Source of the DNA: Spartobacteria bacterium
Lineage (GTDB): Bacteria > Verrucomicrobiota > Verrucomicrobiia > Chthoniobacterales > UBA10450
NCBI GenBank assembly: GCA_003167555.1
Contig: PMSN01000029.1
Location: 122,488 to 186,487 of the forward strand
Length of the DNA stretch: 64,000 nt
Reading direction: 5' to 3'
This document shows, piece after piece, positions 17,281-24,970 of this stretch. Position numbers and translations under genes: made by a program. The notes under the pieces were generated by a model that worked only from the letters and a program-made list of their open reading frames with translations, was not told the DNA's origin and made no database searches. How positions within the stretch are numbered: position 1 is the first letter of the stretch; each line of letters opens with the position of its first letter.

Positions 17281-20200
17281 CTAATTCAGCGCGTAAACTT
17301 CGACGACCGCGATGCCGGTAGAGTTATTCGCGCCGCGCACAATCGCGGTGTAGTTCGCGGGAGTTAATATCCGCACGATGGCTGATTCCGCGTTATTCGG
17401 TGGCGGGATGGTGCTATCGATGATCGCTTGTTTGTTCGGGCTATCCACCCAGTTATCATTCGCTTCCAGCAGCGCTCCGTTAACGTCGTGTAATTCCAGC
17501 GTGGGATCGGCCATCGCGCCGGGCACGCCGGTGGAAGGACCAAGCGCGCGGATAATTACCTTCTGTGACGCTTGACCCACTACAATCACGCCAGCAAACA
17601 AAACGTTGTCCCCGGTCTGCACCAGTCCGCGGGTGGCAACATTAGCCAGCTTCGAGTTAGCGGAGGTATCCAGGTCGTATGCTTCCACGACTCCTGTCCC
17701 CGTCCCATTGTTCACGCCACGCTCAATCGCGGTGTAGTTGCCGGGGGCCACACTTCTCACGATGGCTGATTCCAGCGGGTCATTCGGTGGGATCGTGCTA
17801 TCAATGATGGCTTGCTTGTTCGGGCTATCCATCCAGTTGTCGTTCGTTTCCAGGAGCGCGCCGGAGGAATCGTGCAGTTCAAGGATTGGATCGGCCAGTT
17901 TATCGGCAAAAGGCAACGAAGGTCCTATTGCGCGCACGATGATCTTCTTCGGCTGCGTTCCGGTAACAATAAAGCCGACGATCAGCACGTTGTCGCCAGT
18001 CTCGACGCGCAAGCGGGTGGAGATGTTAGCCAGACTGGACGGAATGAGGCCGCCGAATTCAAACGCGCCGATGTCGCTTCTACCATTGCGCAAGTAGCCG
18101 CGTTGATCGGTCGGTGGAGCCAGCGCGTCGTCACCCGCGTTGATCGCGGTGCTGGTGCTGGTCAACGCATGGGTGTCGGTCGGGCCGCCGTTATTCTTGA
18201 GGGTGGCGTCGAGTTTGGGATCGGCTGTGCCGGTGCCGCCTATCGCGCCCTGGTCACCGTTGGGGCTTCCAAGCATGAACCCGGCGCTGTCACCGACGTT
18301 GCCGATAAAGTTGTGGCCATCGGAAGTAATGTTGCCGCGCACATCCCGATCATTCGTAGAGGTGTTGAAGGCGATGATGGTATTGCCGACATGATGCTGC
18401 TGGGCGCCACCTTCCGCGTAGAAACCGCCCCCGCCAGAGCCGGCGGTGGAAAGGCCGTCGGTCGCGGAGCATTTTGTGATCGTGCAATTGCGCAGCAACG
18501 AGCTGCTGGCGCCATTGGCGAACCTGGAAATGATACCTCCGCCTCGCAAGGCCGTGTTGTTCGAGAAGGTGCAGTTGGTCGCCGTGAAAGTGCCGTCGTT
18601 GTAAAGCCCGCCGCCGAATTCCTGGGCACTGTTATCGTTCAGCGTGCAGCGGGTCAGGGTGAGCGATGCGCCCGCGGCGTTGTAAATGCCGCCCCCATTG
18701 CCAGTGGTCGTGGTGGTGCCTGTCACGGCACTGTTGGTAATGGTGCACTCAGTCAGAGTCAGGCCACCGGTGTTGGAAATGGCGCCTCCTTGATCGTTCG
18801 TGGCTTTGCCGTTAACGATCGATAACCCGGAAATGTTTACGTTTGCGCTAAGAACCCGGAAGACACGGGCAGATGTCCTTCCGGTGACGGTAAGGACCCG
18901 CGAGCCGGGACCATTGATCGTGACGGGGTTGCTGATCGTTAGGCCGATGGGAGTTAGATTTGCTGTGCCGATTGCGCCCGTGAGGCCAGGCGTGAAATTG
19001 ATTATGTTCGCGTCCGGGTTTGCGTTAGTCGCGTTCAGCGCCTCGATCAGCGTGCAATCATCCGTGGAGCAGGTGCCGTCATCATGTTCTGCCGTGTTAG
19101 TGACCGTGAAGGTCGGGCCAGTCTGGACGAGGCCCGCCTCCACCGCACCGATATCGGTGCTATCGCCGCCGTCGTTGAGACCGGGCAGATCTACCCGGCG
19201 CGGAAAGCCGCGTTGATCGGTCGTTAGGTTGAGCGGGGGACCTAGCACGGCATCGTCACCAGCGTCTCTGGCCGGGCTATTAGCGAGAAGGTTGTGAGTG
19301 AAAGTCGGCCCTCCATTATTTTGGAGCGGGCCAAGCCTCGGGTCGGTATTGCGCTGGTCGCCGGTGGCGTTGAGCGTTCCGCCTGGGCCGGTGGAGGCGT
19401 CGCCGCCGGCCGCATCGTCGCTCAGATTGTGACCACGCGATGTGATTGTCCCGACGATGTTCGCGCCGCTGGCGCCGCGTTTGAGGATGGTGTTGCCCAT
19501 CTCTGTCGTTCCCCCGACGTAAAGGGTGCCGGGGGTGTTGCCGCTAAAGGTGCAGTTAAAGATACTTAAGCTCGCTGTGCCGCCATTACTTATGCCGTTG
19601 CCGATGCCGCCGGCGAGCGCGGCGCCGGTATTGCCGCTCACCGTGCAGTTGACGAGACTCATGGTGGCATTACCGCCATTCGCCGCCAGGTTAATGATGC
19701 CGCCGGCAGAAGCTTTGCCGGTATTGTTGCTCACCGTGCAGTTGAAGAGTTGCACGGTCGAGCTTTGACCATCGGCCCGGTTGTTGACGCCGGCGCCGCC
19801 AAAACCCACTACATTGTCGGCGATCGTGCAATCGCGCGCAGTCACGTTGGCGCCTTCGTTATAGATGCCTCCGCCAATGTCATTCGTGGTGAGGTTCCCC
19901 GCTCTGATGGTCAGACCGGAGAAGGTGGCGTTGAACTTGCCCACGACATGGAAGATGCGCAAATCCGGTATGCCGGCCGTGGCGCTGCGCTGCACGGTCA
20001 ACAAATTCGCGCCGGGGCCGGTGATCGTGAGGCCCTTGATAATCAATAACTCGGCGCTCGTCAGGGAGATTACACTGTTTGCGGGCAGGGAGAAATTGAT
20101 CGTATCGCCCCCTCCGGCTGTGGCGATCGCTTGACGAAGCGTGCAATTCGCTCCCGGACAACTCCCGCCCGCATCGGCCGTGCTGGTTACGGTCTGGTTC

Positions 20201-20283
20201 GCGGCCTTGACTGACACCGCCAGGAACAGAGTTGAGATGAAGCCTGTGAGCCAAATCCCAACGCGATAGCGTGACTTTTTCAT
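17281..20283 (-). CDS. secreted CSLREA-motif / beta-helix repeat protein with C-terminal tandem NISTR module (paralogue of 14008-17004)
   Basis: ATG at 20283 gives MKKSRYRVGIWLTGFISTLFLAVSVKA. Motifs CTLRQAIATAGGGDTINF and DDCTLIEALNATNANPDANIINF are present. The central region TPGLTGAIGTANLTP.GL.IS...TINGPG.RVLT.TGRTSARVFRVL.A.VNISGLSIVNGKATNDQGGAISNTG is almost identical to the neighbouring gene. Modules lie at about 17284-18033. Confidence 0.85.
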   Translation of the reverse strand: MKKSRYRVGIWLTGFISTLFLAVSVKAANQTVTSTADAGGSCPGANCTLRQAIATAGGGDTINFSLPANSVISLTSAELLIIKGLTITGPGANLLTVQRSATAGIPDLRIFHVVGKFNATFSGLTIRAGNLTTNDIGGGIYNEGANVTARDCTIADNVVGFGGAGVNNRADGQSSTVQLFNCTVSNNTGKASAGGIINLAANGGNATMSLVNCTVSGNTGAALAGGIGNGISNGGTASLSIFNCTFSGNTPGTLYVGGTTEMGNTILKRGASGANIVGTITSRGHNLSDDAAGGDASTGPGGTLNATGDQRNTDPRLGPLQNNGGPTFTHNLLANSPARDAGDDAVLGPPLNLTTDQRGFPRRVDLPGLNDGGDSTDIGAVEAGLVQTGPTFTVTNTAEHDDGTCSTDDCTLIEALNATNANPDANIINFTPGLTGAIGTANLTPIGLTISNPVTINGPGSRVLTVTGRTSARVFRVLSANVNISGLSIVNGKATNDQGGAISNTGGLTLTECTITNSAVTGTTTTTGNGGGIYNAAGASLTLTRCTLNDNSAQEFGGGLYNDGTFTATNCTFSNNTALRGGGIISRFANGASSSLLRNCTITKCSATDGLSTAGSGGGGFYAEGGAQQHHVGNTIIAFNTSTNDRDVRGNITSDGHNFIGNVGDSAGFMLGSPNGDQGAIGGTGTADPKLDATLKNNGGPTDTHALTSTSTAINAGDDALAPPTDQRGYLRNGRSDIGAFEFGGLIPSSLANISTRLRVETGDNVLIVGFIVTGTQPKKIIVRAIGPSLPFADKLADPILELHDSSGALLETNDNWMDSPNKQAIIDSTIPPNDPLESAIVRSVAPGNYTAIERGVNNGTGTGVVEAYDLDTSANSKLANVATRGLVQTGDNVLFAGVIVVGQASQKVIIRALGPSTGVPGAMADPTLELHDVNGALLEANDNWVDSPNKQAIIDSTIPPPNNAESAIVRILTPANYTAIVRGANNSTGIAVVEVYALN

Positions 20284-20350
20284 AAGCAAGCACCTAACTA
20301 TGTCTAAACGAACTTTGGTAACCCTGCGAAAAGAGGGTGAGGTGCTTGGG

Positions 20351-20453
20351 TGAAGACCAGCCTTCGCAAGGCTACGGCTCGACAAGCGCCCGACGGACTT
20401 AGCGCAAGCGCAGCCTAGTCAGGGTCGGCGCCGATGTAAATGCTTTTGTTGCC
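20351..20453 (-). promoter_or_regulatory. conserved 103-nt 5' leader/promoter segment, copy 2 (upstream of the 17281-20283 gene)
   Basis: See 17055-17157. It lies 68 nt upstream of the ATG at 20283. Confidence 0.55.
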
Positions 20454-20521
20454 ATTATTGTGGAAGGAGGTTTTTTACCTGCACGCGGCGGAAGCGGATA
20501 GAAAGGCCAGGAGCGGCTCCA

Positions 20522-22372
20522 TCAGTTGAGCGCGTAAACTTCCACCACCGCGATGCCGGTTGTGTTATTCGCGCCGCGGACGATGGCGGTGTAGTTCGCG
20601 GGAGTGAGCGTGCGCACGATGGCTGACTCCACGTTATTCGGTGGCGGGATCGTGCTGTCGATGATCGCTTGTTTGTTCGGGCTATCCACCCAGTTATCAT
20701 TCGCTTCCAGCAGGTTCCCATTCGCGTCGCGCAATTCCAGGGTGGGATCGGCCATCGCTCCGGGGACACCGGTGGAAGGACCGAGCGCGCGGATAATTAC
20801 CTTCTCCGATGTCTGGCCTACTACGATAGTTCCAGCGATCAGGACGTTATCCCCGGTCTCGACCAATCCGCGGCTCGAAATGTTGGCCAGTTTCGAGTTG
20901 GCGGAGGTATCCAGGTCATACACTTCTACCACGCCGGTTCCGGTCCCATTGTTTACTCCGCGCACGATCGCCGTGTAGTTGCCGGGGGCGACGCTGCGCA
21001 CAATAGCTGACTCCAGCGGGTTGCTCGGTGGGACCGTGCTATCGATGATGGCTTGCTTGTTCGGGCTATCCATCCAGTTGTCGTTTGTCTCCAGCAAGGC
21101 GCCGGACGCATCGTGCAGCTCAAGGATCGGATCGGCCAGTTTACCGGCGAAGGGCAAGGAAGGCCCTATTGCGCGGATGATGATCTTTTTCGGTTGCGTG
21201 CCGGTAACAATGAAACCGCCAAAGAGGACGTTGTCTCCCGTCTCCACTCTTAGGCGCGTGGAGATGTTTGCTAATCGGTTGCACTGGCGCACCAACTTGA
21301 AAACGTCGGTGACGCCGTCGCCGTTGAAATCGGCAAAGCGGAGTTGATCCGGCGGCGTGGTGTCATAGGCCAGTTGGTTGTTGCCTCTGGCGAACGGGGT
21401 CGTCTGCTGATAGAAATACCACCATTGGTAGAAGCCATCCGTGCGCAGCGTGGTAAAGAACCAGTCGCTGCGATGGTCGCCATTAAAGTCACTGGCCAGT
21501 TGGACATCGTGCACGCTGAGGTCGGTTTGGACGATGCTTTGATATGCCCCCGAGCCGGCTGACGAATAGTACCAGAAATACTGTCCAGGGTTGCTACTGT
21601 CGGGGACCGAGGTGAACACGTCGGTATGCCCGTCGCCGTCGACGTCTCCAAATTGCATTTCGCTCAGCGGAGTTGTGCTGCTGTTGGTCTGTTGGAAATT
21701 CGTATTCGTAGTACCGGTGTAGGAAATATTCCAGCCCATAACACCGCCGCCGAGATCTTTCAGCACGAAGATATCTGTCCGGCCGTCGCCATTGAAGTCT
21801 CCGAAGCGGAGTTGATCCAGGGGAGTGCTGTCATGCGCGAGATTGATCCACGACGATGTTCCACCAGCTGAGTATCGCCATTGATACTGAGCGCCCGCGA
21901 TAGGAGTCACACTGAAGACATCCGTATAACCATCGCCGTTGAAATCACCGAAGCGGAGTTGATCCGGTGGAGTGGTGTCAAAAGCGAGATTGATCCACGG
22001 CGAGGTCCCGCCGGATGAGTATCGCCACTGGTAGTCGCCATTTCCGATTGGCACTGCGCTGAATATGTCGGATTTGCCGTCCCGGTTGAAATCCAGGTAG
22101 CCGTGTGACAAATCAGTTGGATCGTTGTAGCTGCGACTGAAACGCAGATCACTGAGCAATAAGCCATCCGGGTCTGTATTGATTAGAGTGAAATTGTCAG
22201 TGCCGCTGTAAGACACATACCAGTATGAAACGCAATCCGATCCACTCGTGGCCGTAAGGATAGGTTTCGCGTTTGCGCTTGCCCGAGCGCCTGGCACTCC
22301 CCATAACGCAACCGCCATAAGCAGCGTGGCGCCGACTACGACCAACAGCACAGCCGCGCTCAAGCGAAGCAT
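20522..22372 (-). CDS. secreted VCBS/FG-GAP-type repeat protein with C-terminal tandem NISTR module
   Basis: ATG at 22372 gives MLRLSAAVLLVVVGATLLMAVALWG. It contains about six repeats of the form QLRFGDFNGDG.TDVF......YQWRYS.GGTS.W. Two module copies lie at about 20525-21274. Confidence 0.85.
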   Translation of the reverse strand: MLRLSAAVLLVVVGATLLMAVALWGVPGARASANAKPILTATSGSDCVSYWYVSYSGTDNFTLINTDPDGLLLSDLRFSRSYNDPTDLSHGYLDFNRDGKSDIFSAVPIGNGDYQWRYSSGGTSPWINLAFDTTPPDQLRFGDFNGDGYTDVFSVTPIAGAQYQWRYSAGGTSSWINLAHDSTPLDQLRFGDFNGDGRTDIFVLKDLGGGVMGWNISYTGTTNTNFQQTNSSTTPLSEMQFGDVDGDGHTDVFTSVPDSSNPGQYFWYYSSAGSGAYQSIVQTDLSVHDVQLASDFNGDHRSDWFFTTLRTDGFYQWWYFYQQTTPFARGNNQLAYDTTPPDQLRFADFNGDGVTDVFKLVRQCNRLANISTRLRVETGDNVLFGGFIVTGTQPKKIIIRAIGPSLPFAGKLADPILELHDASGALLETNDNWMDSPNKQAIIDSTVPPSNPLESAIVRSVAPGNYTAIVRGVNNGTGTGVVEVYDLDTSANSKLANISSRGLVETGDNVLIAGTIVVGQTSEKVIIRALGPSTGVPGAMADPTLELRDANGNLLEANDNWVDSPNKQAIIDSTIPPPNNVESAIVRTLTPANYTAIVRGANNTTGIAVVEVYALN

Positions 22373-22743
22373 CGACCCAGGTAACACCCAATTTGGACGC
22401 CCGGTCACAGGCACGATCCTGTTCCTTCGTAGCCGGCATCGCGCACGAAGATACTAAACATAATTGTATCCCCTGCTGCCGGACTCAAATCGGCCCTCGA
22501 AGAGCGGGTTGCGCAGACCGCCACTCACGCTGCGAAGTAAAAGAAGAATGGACGCGCTTTTCACCTTGAAGTCCCAGACAGACATCTAGACGATTTTGCC
22601 GGCGGCTGCAAGAAAAAAACCCGCTCCTCGCCATTACCTTGAGAGGGTCAGACTACCGTCCAACCGCGAAATTCCACGGCTCCACAGAGCGTCGCCCTAC
22701 CGAGAAAGAAAACGGCGGTCTTTGAACTGTCACGCGTTGGTTT

Positions 22744-22800
22744 CTAATTCAACGCGTAAACTTCCACGACGGCGATGCCGGTCGTGTTATTCACGCCGCC
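22744..22800 (-). pseudogene. relic of the last ~18 codons of a NISTR-module gene
   Basis: The minus-strand translation is ..GVNNTTGIAVVEVYALN-stop. The DNA closely matches the 3' ends at 40741-40800 and 17281-17340. Similarity stops abruptly at about 22800, and no upstream module sequence follows. Confidence 0.7.
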
Positions 22801-22852
22801 GTTGATAGAGTTAGGATCGTCAAAAGGTCGAAAAGTCATCTGTCAAAAAGAT

Positions 22853-24808
22853 TCACCTGTGGGAAGGCTGCGCGTTTTGACGGGCATATTGCAGATTGTT
22901 CCGCGCTAGCTCGAAGTCCGGCTTGAGTCGCAACGCCTGCTCACACGCGACGGCGGCTTCGTCGTATCGGCCGAGTTTGTTGTTAGCGGCGCAGATGTTG
23001 TTCCACGCTTCCGCGTAACCGGGCCGAAGGTCGAGCGCTCGCCGGCTGGCGACGATCGATTCGACGTAGCGTTCTTCGCCGTAAAACTGAAGGCTAAGGT
23101 CGAGGTAATACTCCGGAGTCTGCGGCGCGGGTTGATTTGGTGCCTCAGCATCCGCCCGCGCGAGAAGATCGCGCGCTGTGAGGTCGGCCGGGCTCAGCTC
23201 CAGCGCGCTTTGCAGGAATGCGCGCGCTTCCTCGACGCGCGAGTGCGAGAGCAAGTAACGCGCATAGTAGGTGTAGCTGTCGGGGGACGACGGAGCGAGG
23301 CGCAGCGCTTCCTTGAAATGTTGCTCGGCTTGCACGCTCTGCTTCGTCGCATCTTCCGCGATCGCCAGATTGATCATCAGCACGGAATACTGCGGCGTGA
23401 GCGGTTCGGCGCGATGGAAATAGTCAAGCGCGCCGGCATAATCGCCCTTCGCCATGAGCGTGTTGCCATAGTTCATCAAACCGCGTCCGTTACCCGGGCT
23501 CTTGATCGCGACGTCGTGCCAGAGCGTTTCCTCGGTTTTCCAAACGCTGTTCCTTTGGAACGTGGCGTAGCCGCTTGCGCACAGGAACAGTACGACCGCG
23601 GACGTGGCCTTAGTCCAACTCTGTTGCCGATCGAGGAGGCCGACGAGCAACGCCGCCGCGCCTGCGATCGCAATCACAAGTCCGATATACGGAAGGAATG
23701 TCCGGTGATCGTTCATTACTTCGGCGAGGGGAAAGAGCGACGTCGGCAGCAGCGCGATCAAAAACCAAAGCAAACCGAATCCGATCATGCGCGTTCTCTT
23801 GCAATTGGCGGCAGCGATTGCGGCAGGGATGACAAGAGCGACGAACACGATACCCACCCAGAAGCGCGCATCGTTTGTTGTTGTGAACGGATTGAGGTCG
23901 TAGTCCGCGGAGAGTCCGGTCGGCCAGAAAAACGTCTTGAAATAGAGCAGCGTCACGTACGGCTGCGTGATCAAGTAACTGCGCGCGTTCGCCGCGCCAG
24001 CGACCCAAGTGCGTGGCGTCATGTGTTGCACGAACAACAACATCGCTCCGCAGATCACGAATGGTACGATGATTTGCCCGATATGCTGTAGCCGCGTCTC
24101 TGCCTGCCATGCCGTAGGTCGCCGCGGCGACCGAAGGCTGGTGAGACGCGTCTTGTGCTGTTCGAACAACAGCCAATAAATCGCGAACAGCACCGCGAAG
24201 ATCGCCGCGGGCGGTTTTGCCAGAATGGTAATCGCGGCCGGGAGAACGTAGAGATAGTAACCGCGGAGCCGCGGGAAGGCGAAGTAAACGGCGAAAGATG
24301 CGATCACGCCGAGCGCCGCGATCACGTCGGCCGAAGCGATGATGTAGTTGATGGTGTCCGCGTTAGCCGGGTGAAGCCCGTAGCAAGCCGCGGCGGCCAG
24401 CGCGATCCAGCGATTGCACGATAAAGGCATACCGTTCTCGAGGAGATGATGAACAAAAAATGCCAGCAGCAGCACGAGCGCGACAAACAGCGCGAAGATC
24501 GATAGGTGAAACCAGAACGGATGCAGACCGTGCGCCAGCCGGTAGTCGATCGCGAGCAACGTCGAGACCAGCGGTCGATATGATTGATTGCTCGGGAGCG
24601 CGCTAAACGTCGTCGCGTCTCTAAAGAAGGCCGGGATGTTTCGCAGCTCGCGGATGGCCGCGTTATTTACGATCGTGTGTGCATCGTCGAAGTGGAAGCT
24701 GTTGTGAAAATGGTTTGCGTAGACCGCGAGGAGGGCGGCCAGCAATAGTGCGCCGCCCAGAACTGCGCGGGCCTTTTCGCGCGACACGTTTGCCTTGGCT
24801 TCAGACAT
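22853..24808 (-). CDS. polytopic membrane protein with C-terminal TPR repeats (TMTC/PMT-like GT-C glycosyltransferase candidate)
   Basis: The N-terminus has HFHNSFHFDDAHTIVNNAAIRELRNIPAFF followed by about 10 hydrophobic helices. The C-terminal ~220 aa are TPR-like (YGNTLMAKGDYAGALDYFHRAEPLTPQ...). Confidence 0.65.
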   Translation of the reverse strand: MSEAKANVSREKARAVLGGALLLAALLAVYANHFHNSFHFDDAHTIVNNAAIRELRNIPAFFRDATTFSALPSNQSYRPLVSTLLAIDYRLAHGLHPFWFHLSIFALFVALVLLLAFFVHHLLENGMPLSCNRWIALAAAACYGLHPANADTINYIIASADVIAALGVIASFAVYFAFPRLRGYYLYVLPAAITILAKPPAAIFAVLFAIYWLLFEQHKTRLTSLRSPRRPTAWQAETRLQHIGQIIVPFVICGAMLLFVQHMTPRTWVAGAANARSYLITQPYVTLLYFKTFFWPTGLSADYDLNPFTTTNDARFWVGIVFVALVIPAAIAAANCKRTRMIGFGLLWFLIALLPTSLFPLAEVMNDHRTFLPYIGLVIAIAGAAALLVGLLDRQQSWTKATSAVVLFLCASGYATFQRNSVWKTEETLWHDVAIKSPGNGRGLMNYGNTLMAKGDYAGALDYFHRAEPLTPQYSVLMINLAIAEDATKQSVQAEQHFKEALRLAPSSPDSYTYYARYLLSHSRVEEARAFLQSALELSPADLTARDLLARADAEAPNQPAPQTPEYYLDLSLQFYGEERYVESIVASRRALDLRPGYAEAWNNICAANNKLGRYDEAAVACEQALRLKPDFELARNNLQYARQNAQPSHR

Positions 24809-24901
24809 CGAACCAGTTTGTCGTTAAAGACCTCTCGAACGCAATCACGCTGCTGCACCGCGTGACATCAAAACCAAAATCCGCCACACGGCGAGCGTGA
24901 A

Positions 24902-24968
24902 TTGTAGGGCGTCTGTGTCAGACGCTAACTTCTCAAACGATCGGCGTTTCGCAGAAAACGCCCTACAA
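24902..24968. repeat. REP-like palindrome directly 3' of the 24971 gene stop
   Basis: ttgtagggcgt at 24902-24912 is complementary to acgccctacaa at 24958-24968. Confidence 0.55.
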
Positions 24969-24970
24969 CG

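Noticed and set aside
22596-22805. 69-aa plus-strand ORF in the 22.4-22.85 kb intergenic region.
   Set aside because: It is highly basic (Arg/Lys/Pro-rich) and runs antisense through the module relic. It is most likely a chance ORF.
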